A DNA stretch of 63,123 bases, filler included, from Octopus bimaculoides (GCF_001194135.2; 4 parts of 4 records of this genome joined end to end with filler, not necessarily neighbours in it); one strand, 5' to 3'; positions 39,046-53,328 are shown, counted from the first letter of the whole stretch. Notes: a model not told the origin generated them from the sequence alone. Program-made: numbers and translations.

Positions 39046-41319
39046 GTAAAATCATACACACCCATATATGTACATACCTATACATAGATACAAACATACA
39101 TGCATACATACATGCATGCATACATACATACATACATACATACATACATACATACATACATACATACATACATACATACAGAAACAGACGTGTATGTATA
39201 GTCCATGTATAAATATGGATATTCGTTGGGAACAGAAAACGTGCATACTGAAGCATTTCCGTATCAGCTTTTAGTTGTGCCAACTAAGCGTTAAGTCTGA
39301 CAAAGAAAGAGAGACAAAGAGAGAGTATGAGAGAGGGGCGGAGAGAGAGGGAGATATATATATAGAGAGAGTTGGAGAATGTGATAAATGATGAACGTGA
39401 TCTCTTACACCAGTTTTCTCAAAATACTAGTAATCCATTTCCGTAGATGCTTTCACAAGTTTCCACGAGTATCTAATTCCTTTGATGCCAATCGTAGTCT
39501 CGCTATACTTTGCCTGAACACTTTCCTCATTATTACCATAACAAGGAAAATAAATGACATATCTAAACGTGTATGGAATTCCAGCCAAGAGAAAAGAGAA
39601 AAGAGAAAAGAAAGAAAAATTCATCGATCCAAAGATATAAATATCATTAAAGTAGTTATATGCATGCAGTCAATATCTGTGTAATATTTCACAATAAAAT
39701 GATATCCCACTAAATGCTTACTGTATGATAAGCTTGTACGATACAAATGTTTCTTCTGTTATCAAATAATATATCAAAAGTCATAAATTCGAATCACTTT
39801 CCCCACATTTAGGCTGTAATCACCACTTTTATGAAGAAAACCAGACTTAAATGTGTTGTGTGTGCGTGTATGTGTTTGTGCACGCGGCCATATCATTCCG
39901 AGAGTGAGTGTGTATGCATGTATCCTTATCCACATATCTACCTACATTACACTCACGCACCAGTATGCGTTAACCACACACACACATACGCACAAACACA
40001 AACACACACACATATTTACATACAAATATATGTATGAGTATACATATATATATGATACAATAAAAAGATATATGTACATATGTATGTACGTTTGTATCTA
40101 TGTATGCATATATGTTAGGTATGCATGTGCGATGTATGTGTATGCATAAATACATTCATATACATTCAGATATACAAATTTTTACTGCCTGGCGTTTTGT
40201 GTATGGCTCATACATATTTATGAGGAGCATCAGAACATATGCATACATTTAAATGCGTGTATATCCATGTATGTTTGCATATTTGCGTGTGTACATCACG
40301 CACACATACGTGAATATATTAATGGACTTGCTGGTATGAACGCGTTTGTTTGTCGCTGAATTTGTCGGTAAAGGAAAATACTTGGGTATATTGACGGCAA
40401 AAGAGTTAGCATTTATTACACATGCTGAATAGCACACGATTTCACCCTTTTCCAGAGAGAGATAATCATCAATGTTTTGATATTGATATAATAATGACGA
40501 GAAATGCTTTATTTTGAATATATGCATTTCAGTGACTATATTTAGGGATGTATCACGAGTATGGGATAAAAGTAGGGCACCTATAGAGACTCAGACTGAA
40601 TCACATATCAAGACAGATACAGAATAAATACTGAGTAAGACATAGACCGAAGAATAAAAGGCATACAATTTAATGTGAATTGCAATAAAGACATACAAAA
40701 ACTGAGATGTAGAATGTGAGCAGTGAAGAATCAGATTGAAATTCAAGAAGCGTGAGAGAGAGAGAGGGGGAGAGTGAGAGAGAGAGAGAGAAAAAAAAAA
40801 GAGAGAAAAACAGAGTATTCGACACAGGCACAAACTGGTAGAGTATACACATGGCCATCTCATAGTCGCGCACCGAGAGTATCCGAACGTGAAGCTATGT
40901 ATACAACAAGGTAGCGACATGGTACAATCGTTCGCCTATCGGGCAAATTGCTTGGTTACATTTCTTCTGGTTCTTTAAATGTATCCGAGATCGACTTTGC
41001 CTTTCATCTTTTGCGGGGTGGGGGGTGGAGGGTGATAAAATAACCCCGCCCCTAAAATATCTTGCCTTGCACAAAACTTTGAAACCAGTATAGATGATAA
41101 CATATGTGTCCACTAAAATTACTGTGTAATTGTATGTATGTATTTATGTATGTATGTTCCTCTCTCTCCAGTTCTCTTTCTGTATCTCTTCCCTTCTGTC
41201 TCTCTCCCCTCATATATGCACACACACACACTCACACACACACACACTCACACACACACATATATATGGTTTTATTGTACACAGGGGGCTAAACATGAAG
41301 GGGGAAAACAAGGACAGAC

Positions 41320-41498
41320 AAGGGGATTATGTCGATTACATCGACTCTAGTGCATAACTGGTACTTAATTTATCGGCCCCGAAAGGATGAAAGGCAAAGT
41401 CGAACTTGGCGGAATTTGAACTCAGAACGTAACGCCAGACGAAATACCGCTAATAATTTCGCCCGATGTGTTAACGTTTCTGCTAGCCCGCCGCCTTA
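41320..41498 (-). mobile_element. SINE family B copy
   Basis: GTCGATTACATCGAC..GGTACTTAATTTATCGGCCCCGAAAGGATGAAAGGC..GGAATTTGAACTCAG..CGCCGCCTTA. Confidence 0.8.
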
Positions 41499-41534
41499 CA
41501 TTTATACACACATATTTATACACAGGTTTTCTAT

Positions 41535-41870
41535 TGGTGCAGCCGTGGCTATGTGTTAAGGAGCTTGCTACCCAACCACATGACCCCAGGTTCATTCTTC
41601 CTATGTGGCAGATCGAGCAAGTGTCTTCTACTATTGCCTCGGGCCGACCACAACTTGAACTTAGTTCAGTGTACTTGGTAGACGGGAGCTGAAAGGACCA
41701 CCTCATATATGTTTGTGTATCTTTGTGTCTAACCTTAGCCCCCTCTCTTCACACAACTTCACAACCCCCCTCCCTTCACACAACTTCACAACCGGCTTTG
41801 GTATGTTTACGTCCTCGTAACTTACTAGTTCCTCATAGAACTGTCGTACTTGTCGTCTACAATGCGGACA
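41535..41870 (+). mobile_element. Degenerate SINE family A copy with an internal ~29-bp duplication
   Basis: GTGGCTATGTGTTAAG head, GGCCGACC..TTGGTAGACGG. CTTCACACAACTTCACAACC is repeated twice. Confidence 0.7.
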
Positions 41871-44800
41871 CATTTTTTTTTTACATTGCCTCAGCAGAAA
41901 CATTATTTCACATATCTCACATATAAAGATTCATGGCCTTTTAAATCTAGTACTTTCCACTCTAATCGTTACATTTACAAACGCAAATTCTTTTCGTCAA
42001 ATTGCTTTATAGAATTATATTTTCTTTACATACATTTGGTAATTTTGTTCACATTAAATGCAAGCATTGAATTATGCTGATTTACTTAAGGAAATTGCAC
42101 GCAACAAACTTCAATTTATTTTTGAAATAATTTACTCATTTTATTTGTATTTTTAAATGTTTATTTTAAAATGAGTTGAGTAAACGTTACTCATTAAAAA
42201 TATGTATATTTAAAGAAAATTCTCATGTAAATTGTGTCGTTAAATTCTTTAAATTTTCTGAACTTAATTGTACCCTTTAAATATAATGTTTAAATTGTCT
42301 CCAGTAAATTTTACTCTTGAAGGTTATTTTGTTTTTACTTGAGCACATTTGAAATTTCGTTTTTAAATTCCGTGTTACAAATTTATTGTTTATATTTTCT
42401 CATCTTAATTGATCTCATTAAATTTACTCCTGATTTTTTTTTTCTTCTGCTTTCCAGTTTATATGATTTGCTGATATTTATAATAATTTCGAATTATCTG
42501 TGTACGATAACAAAGAATACATTTTCTATGATACAACTTGGAGTTTTCTCAGTTCATTCTTTATGGAGCAATGTAATCGTATTTATGAATATATTGCATA
42601 TTTATTACATGAACTTAATCGAGTAAAACAGATGGTACGACCACTTTAATTTTCCGGGTTACAGAGGTAGGAATATGAGAAAGTGTATAGGTTTTCTCCA
42701 GTAAGAATGTTTTATAGAAATATTGGCTCAAGAACATGTATAATAAAACATATATGACTTTACAAAATGAGGTATAGCAATATATATAGAATCGATATAC
42801 ATACATTCTGACCAAACATGACAAATGTATTTCCCTTATTGCATTATGTGGCGTTAGGAGAAAGGCTGCGTTTATTTATACATTTGTTCAACCTTGAGTC
42901 AGATGAGCCTATATACTTTGGCGGCACATCGAGAACCGATACACTGGAGGTCTCCTGCATGACGATAGCAGAAGTAGACTGTTTAATATATACCATTCAA
43001 TAGCGATGAAGATTCACAGACAAACAAGAATATTTACGAGGGAAGGTGTATTCCCGGGTTAGATAATTTGCTATATAAGCATTCTGAAATTCCCACATAA
43101 TCTCCGAGACGAAGGACAATCAATAATACATCCTTCGATACTCTGACTGAAACAGAGATCGGACGATCCTACATGAAAACGCGTATGTTCGTATGATTGC
43201 TCTGTCAGGCTGAAACTACTGCAAATAACAGAAATGACACGTGCATGCTGTCTCCAGTATATCTTTATAAATAAAAGAGTATTTTTAGACACATTCTGTA
43301 GAATAATATCAATGATGTTAAGGCCAGATCTTAAGCCAGATAGTTCAGCAGTTGTGAAGTGGTAAAACCACAGTTCACACTATGGTTGACTTTAGTATGA
43401 AGACACACCGGATGATTGTTATAAAGCTATTGTGCAATTAAATGCATTTAAGTAATATCTGAAATAAACACTGCATGATAAATGCATTCATCTTTCACCT
43501 TTATTGACAGATGGTCACCATATCAAAATGATTTATTCTAGCCCTTACGATTAAATGGGGCAACAATAATGCTTTGGGTGACGTAATTGATATAAACTTT
43601 GCCAGATGATGCGTCGTTATATATGACTTAATTACGGGCGTGTTTGTGACCTTTATAACTACACTTCCTTAAATAATGCCAGAAGAAATAGGCAATGCGT
43701 GCGTGCATATAAATATGCACATGCTTAACTGAGTATTCATGCATTCACACGCATATATATATATGTGTGTGTGTATGTATGTATATACATATATATACAT
43801 ATACATTTTACATATATTTTTCTATTTATGTATGTGTATGTGTGTTTGTGTATGCATGCGTGCAATTATATGTGTAATTGTAAATGCATGCATGTATCCA
43901 TAGATACGTAAATTCATATCCACAGAAACATAGAAATGAAGGAGCAAGACATTAATTTAATATGCAGATATACTATACAGGAATTATATAATGAGGTGAT
44001 TAATTTGGCATCTACGCATAAGATATGTGACAGATGCGACAATAATAGAGGTATTAACTTCGGTAACTTTGTGCTTCATACTTCTCAAGTCTTTTAGTGT
44101 CAGCGTCAATTTTTAATCTTGGAATTTGATATAATCAATAATATATGGCAAACCATGCAATGAAAATTTCTCCGCTACACATGAAAAATAAAACATGATG
44201 CTACATAAAATTTTCTCTTCAAAAGTGTTTGAAATACGAATTTTCATAAATTATCATAATTCACTATGAAAAAGCTTAGATGATATGTTTTCATGCATAA
44301 AGATATTACATGTATTGTATATACAGCAAACTCTAACGATAGAGTGGACGCTTAATATATAATTCAGAATTTAGTGTAGTTAGTACATACCTGCTTTGCT
44401 GATTAACGCAAGTCGACATGAATTCTGGTGTTTTGGTACACATCTAGCAAAAAATATTTGTCAGGATGCGTGTGTTGGTGGAATAGAAATAGTTTTTCCT
44501 AATATTACGGTGTTGGTATTTTAGTGAGAGTGTTTAAGCATTTTAATAGGTAAACCTATTTCTCACAGATATAATGTCGTACTATTATCAGAATACAAAT
44601 AAGTCGGAATTTTCGAAGGCTGGTTAGCAACTTTTAAACATGGCGAGGATATATATAAATATATGTGTGTGTGTGTGCGTGTGCACGCGCGTGTGTGTGT
44701 GTGTGTACGTGTGAGTGTGTGAGTGTATGAGTGTGTGTTTTGCCTCGGTTTGTAACTACATGCAAAGGCTCACACGCACACATGCAAATTATGTGTATTT

Positions 44801-45274
44801 ACACACACAGACACATACATACACACAAGGACAAGCAGTCACACACAGACACACACATGATCGCACGCGCACATACACGTACCCACGCACACATACATGC
44901 ATATACATGTGCGCATAGACATTGGTAAATGGAGGAATAAAAAGTCAGAAGCGAATATAATTTTGAATTAGAAATGAATGAAGAAATATTTGACTTTTGG
45001 GACGTGTATTGACTAAATATTTACTCGTTGGAGCTCTGAAACATTATGTAGATTGCATTCAAAAGCATACAGAAAAAATATACGATGGTGTATAGAAACA
45101 AATTGGCACATATACATACGTTACGAAATAATGCTTCTATCTATATCACCAACCATTTATTTGCATATATTTCTATATTTAGATAAGTACACACATACAC
45201 ACTGATAAATATAAGCCCACTCGATCTCTCTCGATCTGTCTCTATATATACGTATGTACACACACACACGTATG

Positions 45275-45305
<31 letters not shown>

Positions 45306-45419
45306 NNNNNNNNNNNNNNNNNNNNNNNNNNNNNNNNNNNNNNNNNNNNTTAATTAATTAANNNNNNNNNNNNNNNNNNNNNNNNNNNNNNNNNNNNNNN
45401 NNNNNTATATATATATATA

Positions 45420-45835
45420 GACGCAGGAGTGGCTGTGTGGTAAGTAGCTTGTTTCCCAACCACATGGTTCCGGGTTCAGTCCCACTGCGTGGCACCTTGG
45501 GCAAGTGTCTTCTACTATAGCCTCGGGCCGACCAAAGCCTTGTGAGTGGATTTGGTAGACGGAAACTGAAAGAAGCCCGTCGTATATATGTGTATATGTA
45601 TGTGTGTGTATATGTATGTGTGTGTATATGTTTGTGTGTCTGTGCTTGTCCCCCCAACTTCACTTGACAACTGATGCTGGTGTGTTTATGTTCTTGTAAC
45701 TTAGCGGTTCGGCAAAAAGAAACCGATAGAATAAGCACTAAGCTTACAAAGAATAAGCCCTGGAGTCAATTTGCTCGACTAAAGGCGGTGCCCCAGCATG
45801 GCCGCAGTCAATTGACTGAAACAAGTAAAGAGAGA
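45420..45835 (+). mobile_element. Well-preserved SINE family A copy
   Basis: GACGCAGGAGTGGCTGTGTGGTAAG ... CAGTCAATTGACTGAAACAAGTAAAG, with CpGs retained. Confidence 0.9.
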
Positions 45836-47277
45836 GATAAGGTTGACCCCTAATCATGATCTATAATCAAAGATATTCACATATTAAATCATCAAATATG
45901 TTCTCAAGGACCTTTCTACCAACCTGAAAATGGCCATCCCACCTTAACACCCCCACCCCCTCCACTCCAAATCTTTTTACCATCTCCTGCTTTACCACTT
46001 CCCAGCCCCTGGCTAATTGGGACCTCATGTCGCCCTTCCTCATTTCCATCAACAATGTAAAATGTGAAAAATGTTCCTGCCACCCACCACTAACTGGAAT
46101 CAGTGAATGAGTAAAACTGTACCAAGGTTGACATTAAAAATCCTCGTAGAATAANNNNNNNNNNNNNNNNNNNNNNNNNNNNNNNNNNNNNNNNNNNNNN
46201 NNNNNNNNNNNNNNNNNNNNNNNNNNNNNNNNNNNNNNNNNNNNNNNNNNNNNNNNNNNNNNNNNNNNNNNNNNNNNNNNNNNNNNNNNNNNNNNNNNNN
46301 NNNNNNNNNNNNNNNNNNNNNNNNNNNNNNNNNNNNNNNNNNNNNNNNNNNNNNNNNNNNNNNNNNNNNNNNNNNNNNNNNNNNNNNNNNNNNNNNNNNN
46401 NNNNNNNNNNNNNNNNNNNNNNNNNNNNNNNNNNNNNNNNNNNNNNNNNNNNNNNNNNNNNNNNNNNNNNNNNNNNNNNNNNNNNNNNNNNNNNNNNNNN
46501 NNNNNNNNNNNNNNNNNNNNNNNNNNNNNNNNNNNNNNNNNNNNNNNNNNNNNNNNNNNNNNNNNNNNNNNNNNNNNNNNNNNNNNNNNNNNNNNNNNNN
46601 NNNNNNNNNNNNNNNNNNNNNNNNNNNNNNNNNNNNNNNNNNNNNNNNNNNNNNNNNNNNNNNNNNNNNNNNNNNNNNNNNNNNNNNNNNNNNNNNNNNN
46701 NNNNNNNNNNNNNNNNNNNNNNNNNNNNNNNNNNNNNNNNNNNNNNNNNNNNNNNNNNNNNNNNNNNNNNNNNNNNNNNNNNNNNNNNNNNNNNNNNNNN
46801 NNNNNNNAGAGAAAGAGAAAGAGAGTTGTCTAGGAATCAAGAATCCATCTGTCAGAAAAAAAAAAAAGGAAAAAACTTGTATATTTATCAATAAAGTGGT
46901 TATATCACTATTTATACAACAGTATTATAAATTTATTTCAGGTGATTTTTACCAATCAGTTTTTTTCATGACTTATGGGCAACCTAAGATGGCACTCATC
47001 AGAGGTGCTGGTATGCCAACTATATCAGAAGGGAATTTGCCATATTTTCCATATGAATTCCCTTGATGAGTGGTGTCTTAGGTTACCTTTCTAACTCGTA
47101 TGTGAGACTAATTGACTAAATCAGCTGAAATGGATCTGTATTACTTTATAATGCAATATTAATATATGTATGTATCAATATTTTTGCTCAAATTGTACTT
47201 AAAATGATGTAGATTTTGTGTTTATTTGGATAGTTGATGATCCACCCTATTGCTGTTCAGAGTTTCATGATATGTAA

Positions 47278-47644
47278 CAGTGGTTCTCAGCTAGTTTTTT
47301 TATCAATGAACCCCTTTGATTACTATTTTATTCTGGTGGACCCCTATAGCCATTCAAGGTTTAAAACCTAGTTTTATAGAGACTTCTTTCCAAATTCTTA
47401 TTTTGTTTTCTCATGTTTACTTGCAATATAGCACTCTCTGAGAGGACACGTTTCGGTGGCCAGACATATGTTAAAGCTATGTAAAACAGCTGTTTCTTGC
47501 AATGAATACGACTAAAACAAAAATTTTTTCATAGACCCTTGATGTGCTACTGTTGACCCTCAGTTTACTATTTTGCTTGTCTGGACCCCCAAAGATCTTA
47601 TATGGACCCTGGGCCTCCATATGCATGCTGGTTGAGAACTATTC
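47278..47644. mobile_element. hAT (Charlie/Buster-type) MITE
   Basis: Left end CAGTGGTTCTCAGC, right end GGTTGAGAACTA, GGACCCC subterminal motifs. Homologous right ends at 29660-29717 and ~58810-58860. Confidence 0.65.
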
Positions 47645-47765
47645 ATATATATGACCAACCTACTACAACCACTTCTCATTCGTCACCTCAGTGGTGCTTG
47701 ATTGAATGCACATGGCTTCGAACTGTAGAAGCAACTAAATGAACAGCAACTGAGTTAATCATCAA

Positions 47766-47846
<81 letters not shown>

Positions 47847-47912
47847 AATGTTTATAATTTCAAAACCAATTCTGTAGTGTCTTTGTATTTCTTTTTCTAT
47901 CTCTATCTTTAG

Positions 47913-48000
47913 ATTTGAGCTGTCAGCAGATATGAGGAACGCTTGTGAGATACTCCACATCTATCTGGAAGATTCCACCCGGGTACAGACTAAAGAACTT
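47913..48000 (+). CDS. KANK: KANK-family protein, internal exon (pre-ankyrin region), (R)FELSADMRNACEILHIYLEDSTRVQTKEL
   Basis: Pyrimidine tract + AG at 47911-12 and GTAAG donor at 48001. 88 nt = 1 nt + 29 codons. Peptide matches KANK1 RYELSEKMLSACNLL as recalled. Joins the next exon in phase 0. Confidence 0.88.
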
Positions 48001-49149
48001 GTAAGTAGTTTCCTCTAATCACTAGTGTAGCTAGAGTGTGTACCTCCTGCGGCTGACCTTCAGTTTTATGCCCCTTGGCCTCTCCCCAAAAATGCATATT
48101 TCCTACAGCAGATCCAGAAGTGGTGCTGCCCCCATAAAAGTGCCGCCTGGGATGGACCACCCCCTCCACCTCACTATATACTAGTGCTTCTAATGTGTCA
48201 GGATGGGCTGTAGTGTGTCTGTGTGGGAATAAATGCAGAGTGGCTCAGTTGGTATGCTGTTGGGATTACCATCTGGCTCACAGGTGTAGGACATGGGTTT
48301 GAGGCACCTGTTTGCTTTATGATCACTATTTTAGATTGAGTTCCAATGCACGGCACTTTATAAGTATCTACTGCAGCCAAGAGTTATCCAATAACTTGTG
48401 AATGGAATTTTGTAGACAAAAACTGGGCTGTGGAAGACTTATGTATTTGTGTGTGTGTATAGGTATGTATTTATGTATCTGTGTATATTTATATTTGTTC
48501 ACACATACACAATACACACACACGCACATTTTATATACATGTGAATGTGTGTGCATGCATAAGGTCTATTTATGTAATCCAATAAAACTGTTGTTCATGA
48601 ATGAATTGTTTTATGCAGTTATGTCATTTACATTGAAACCCTTAACAGGCCTCCTCCATTCTTTTCCCCATTAAAGAATAAAAAAAAAAAGCCAGATGCA
48701 TTGTGGGGATTTCAGGGTGATGGAGGAGGGGAGATAATTCTAATTTTCAGCTGAGTGATGTCTCTAGTGCGTGTGTGTGTTTACATACACACACTCAGTG
48801 TGCTTCCATAGAGTTTTCTTCTTCCAGTTCCATTCAGAACTCTGTTATTGACTCTCAGGGCTATATTAGATGATGCTTGTTGAAGGTGTTGTACAGTAAA
48901 ACTGAACCTGAGACTATGCTGTTGCAAAGCCACCATCTTGTCCAAATAGCCATCCCTTTGCTTTTCTTTAACTGCGTGTGCATGTGCGTGCATATCTGTA
49001 TGTGTGAGCATGCGCCTATGTGTGTAGAGTATGTTTCTATTTTTGTATTATGTTAATCTGTAAATATCTCGTTAGTTATTTAGCTACCCTTTACCAATTT
49101 TATTCATTCTCTAATCTATCTCTTTTTCTCTGTTGCCACCTCTACGCAG

Positions 49150-49299
49150 AATTCCTGTCTTGACCAAATACGACAGGAATGGTTCAAAGTGTCCAGTCAC
49201 AAACTGTCCAATCCACACCAAGTTGAAGACTATTTGTCCAGTTTCAATGAAATTGACAAGAAATTACTCAGATACATTGTAAACCTACTTGATTCCAAT
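49150..49299 (+). CDS. KANK: KANK-family exon NSCLDQIRQEWFKVSSHKLSNPHQVEDYLSSFNEIDKKLLRYIVNLLDSN
   Basis: CAG acceptor, GTAAG donor at 49300, 150 nt open. Carries the KANK-typical EWFxVSS...LRY.VN..D.N motif just before the first ankyrin repeat. Confidence 0.93.
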
Positions 49300-49349
49300 G
49301 TAAGTGTTATTGTATTTGTTTTGGTGTTGTATTTTTTCTTATTTTATCC

Positions 49350-49560
49350 ATTTTATCTATTTGTTTTTTCAGTCATTGGACTGTGGCCATGCTGGAGCAC
49401 CACTCAAAGAAGTTTAGTTGAATGAATCGATCCCAGTACTTAATTAAAAAAAAAAAAAACTTCTGGTATTTATCTTACGGGTTGTTTGCCGAACTGTTAA
49501 GTTATGGGGATGTTAACACACCAACACTGGTTGTCAAGCATTGGTGGGTGACAAACAGGC
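49350..49560 (-). mobile_element. SINE family A 3' module
   Basis: TTCAGTCATTGGACTGTGGCCATGCTGGAGCAC..GCCGAACTGTTAAGTTATGGGGATG, CpG-decayed. Confidence 0.7.
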
Positions 49561-49567
49561 ACAGTCA

Positions 49568-49607
<40 letters not shown>

Positions 49608-50263
49608 TAGATTGTGTGTGTGCATAGGGTTACCAAATGAAGATATGTGCACCTTCTAGTTCTGTGTTACTGTTGCTTCCCCTAATGCCTAATTCACTTT
49701 GGTTTACCTTCATGGGTATTAAAATAAATGCCAGACAAAGTTCTGGGGCTAGCTATATTCACCCAATGACCCTTGAAAGCAGTGCTGCAGCATGGCCAAA
49801 GTCCAGAGACTTAAACCAGTAAAAGGAGGGCAACAAAAAAGAAACGTGATTGGATGATATAAGTCCTGTGTGACAAAATGAGCTGAGAAGTGGGAGGTTA
49901 GTTGAGAGAGAAAAAGGGAGAGGAGGAGGGAGAGGAGGAGGAAGGTGAGTAGGAGGAGAAGAAGAACAAGAAGACGACCAACAAAAGCTAAATAGACACA
50001 ATTGTGTAGGAAGATATGGTAAGGTCAGATCTGTGTATGCTAGTTTAGTTTCACAGACCAAATGATTTAGGATCATGAAACATAGATGCTACTTATTAAA
50101 GCTACTTATATCAAACTAGATATTCCTCACCTTATAAACTTCATCTCCATTATCTTTATATTACTTTATATTATTATACATACATCCAAATAAATATATG
50201 TAGAAATTACATCCATTAAAAACAAACCACACAATCCCACTAAATAAGTAAATAAATAAATAA

Positions 50264-50298
<35 letters not shown>

Positions 50299-51357
50299 TA
50301 TATTATATGTATATATATTTATACTTTATTAATATTAAAATTGTTTTTGCAGCTTTAATAATNNNNNNNNNNNNNNNNNNNNNNNNNNNNNNNNNNNNNN
50401 NNNNNNNNNNNNNNNNNNNNNNNNNNNNNNNNNNNNNNNNNNNNNNNNNNNNNNNNNNNNNNNNNNNNNNNNNNNNNNNNNNNNNNNNNNNNNNNNNNNN
50501 NNNNNNNNNNNNNNNNNNNNNNNNNNNNNNNNNNNNNNNNNNNNNNNNNNNNNNNNNNNNNNNNNNNNNNNNNNNNNNNNNNNNNNNNNNNNNNNNNNNN
50601 NNNNNNNNNNNNNNNNNNNNNNNNNNNNNNNNNNNNNNNNNNNNNNNNNNNNNNNNNNNNNNNNNNNNNNNNNNNNNNNNNNNNNNNNNNNNNNNNNNNN
50701 NNNNNNNNNNNNNNNNNNNNNNNNNNNNNNNNNNNNNNNNNNNNNNNNNNNNNNNNNNNNNNNNNNNNNNNNNNNNNNNNNNNNNNNNNNNNNNNNNNNN
50801 NNNNNNNNNNNNNNNNNNNNNNNNNNNNNNNNNNNNNNNNNNNNNNNNNNNNNNNNNNNNNNNNNNNNNNNNNNNNNNNNNNNNNNNNNNNNNNNNNNNN
50901 NNNNNNNNNNNNNNNNNNNNNNNNNNNNNNNNNNNNNNNNNNNNNNNNNNNNNNNNNNNNNNNNNNNNNNNNNNNNNNNNNNNNNNNNNNNNNNNNNNNN
51001 NNNNNNNNNNNNNNNNNNNNNNNNNNNNNNNNNNNNNNNNNNNNNNNNNNNNNNNNNNNNNNNNNNNNNNNNNNNNNNNNNNNNNNNNNNNNNNNNNNNN
51101 NNNNNNNNNNNNNNNNNNNNNNNNNNNNNNNNNNNNNNNNNNNNNNNNNNNNNNNNNNNNNNNNNNNNNNNNNNNNNNNNNNNNNNNNNNNNNNNNNNNN
51201 NNNNNNNNNNNNNNNNNNNNNNNNNNNNNNNNNNNNNNNNNNNNNNNNNNNNNNNNNNNNNNNNNNNNNNNNNNNNNNNNNNNNNNNNNNNNNNATCTGT
51301 TTTTGTTGTGTGTGTGTGTTCTTGTGTGTGTATGTGTGTTTTAGTGTGTGAGTACTT

Positions 51358-51398
<41 letters not shown>

Positions 51399-51631
51399 CT
51401 TGATGTATGAGTTTTGTATACATGTATATTTGTATTCATTTGTGTGTGTGTGTATGTGTGTGAGTTTTGGTGTCTGTATGTATGAGTGTGGCTCAATGTA
51501 TGAGTCTTTGTATATCCATGCATGGTTAGACATATTTATCTTTGTGTGTGGCTTGATGTATCAGTTTTGTATATATCCATTTATATTTGTCTTTGTGGCT
51601 TAATGTATAATTTTTGTATATCCATGTATAG

Positions 51632-51706
<75 letters not shown>

Positions 51707-52414
51707 AATGAATGAGTGAGCCACAGAAATATGCAAGAGAGGAGGAGGAGGAGGAGGAGGTGTGACTGTCTGAGCAAGAGAGATAAATCCATGTGAGTGT
51801 GTGTTTTGCATAGTGAGAATGTGTTTTTGTAACTGACACAGACTGCATGGTTGTGTGAGTATGTGTGCTTGTATGTATGTATGTATGTATGAAAGAGATT
51901 GTGTAGGTGTGTGTGTGTATGTGTGCCAAGGAGAAAACAAAAGAGATATACTGGTATTTCCTGTTGCCATTGTTTGCCATCTCATATTGAACCAACGAAC
52001 CAGTTCTTCAAGTCTTCTTCTCATCATGCATACCCATTGCCACTCTTACTGCTTCAAAGTTGGGTCGGCACCACACAGATGTGTATTTGGTAATGTGTGG
52101 TGTGGCCCTGGCATCCCTTACATGTCAGAAAAACAAAATAGGGATGGTCATGGTTGGACTGTCTTTGACCTTAAATGTGTTCTGCATATGCTACATCAAG
52201 ACTTAGTTCTAGCTAAATGACACGCTATCTACACTACACTGCACATAACATACACCACACAACACCAGGTCATATACTATGCTCCATACCACACTGCACG
52301 ACATCATACTGTGCTACACTATGCTGTGTACTATACCACATCACTTTGCCCATTCCATCACATTGAAATAGTGTTAAATTTTTTGATCCTGTTTTAGTGT
52401 TCTTTTATTGCTTT

Positions 52415-52657
52415 ATTCTTTTATCCTTTACGTGTTTCAGTCATTTGACTGCAGCCATGCTGGAGCATCATCTTGAATGTTGTAGTCGAAATGAATTGGC
52501 CTAATACCTATTCTATTGGTTCTCTTTTGCTGAACTGCTAAGTTGTCAAGCGGTGATGGGGGGTACAAACATAGACACAATACACACACATCCTTATATT
52601 CTCTTATGTTTCAGCCCCCAGGCTGTGGCCATGCTGGGGCACTGCCAGACATATATA

Positions 52658-52698
<41 letters not shown>

Positions 52699-53015
52699 GA
52701 TAGGCTTCTTTCAGTTTCCATCTACCAAATCCACTCACAAGGCTTTGGTTAACCTGAGGCTATAGTATGACATTTGTCCAAGGTGCTACACAGTGTGACT
52801 GAACCCGGAGAGATGTGGTTAGACATATATATCTGTATATATATATATATACATACATACACACATGATAGGCTTCTTTCAGTTTCCATCTACCAAATCC
52901 ACTCACAAGGCTTTGGTTAACCTGAGGCTATAGTATGACATTTGTCCAAGGTGCTACACAGTGTGACTGAACCCGGAGAGATGTGGTTGGGAAGCAAGCT
53001 TCTTACCACACAGCC
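52415..53015 (-). mobile_element. CpG-decayed SINE family A material with a ~170-bp tandem duplication (52647-52820 / 52821-52988)
   Basis: The two units are identical except for (TA)n length. Family CpGs read TG/CA (GATAGGCTT, TTTCCATCTACC). Confidence 0.8.
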
Positions 53016-53115
53016 ATGCCTGTGTCTATATTTATTTTGGTTTTATGTTTTGTTCCTGCTTCCATTTTCTTTTATTGTTTTTATTTATTATATTCTTTTT
53101 TTGTTTCTCTTTCAG

Positions 53116-53328
53116 GGGAATTGTTCCATCCATTATTCCGTATCACATTCCAATTTTGAGATTGTCAGCCTCTTGCTGGATACAAACGTCTGTGATGTAG
53201 ACAAACAGAACAAAGCCGGCTACTCCGCGATAATGTTGGCCTCCCTCGCATATGTACAGACTGATGCTCACCGAGACACCGTTAAGCGGCTCTTCAGAAT
53301 GGGTGATGTCAATGGTAGATCGTCGCAG
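53116..53328 (+). CDS. KANK: KANK-family ankyrin exon [71 protein letters not shown]
   Basis: TTTCAG acceptor, CAG|GTATG donor, 213 nt = 71 codons. [25 protein letters not shown] is diagnostic of KANK ankyrin repeats. Confidence 0.96.
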
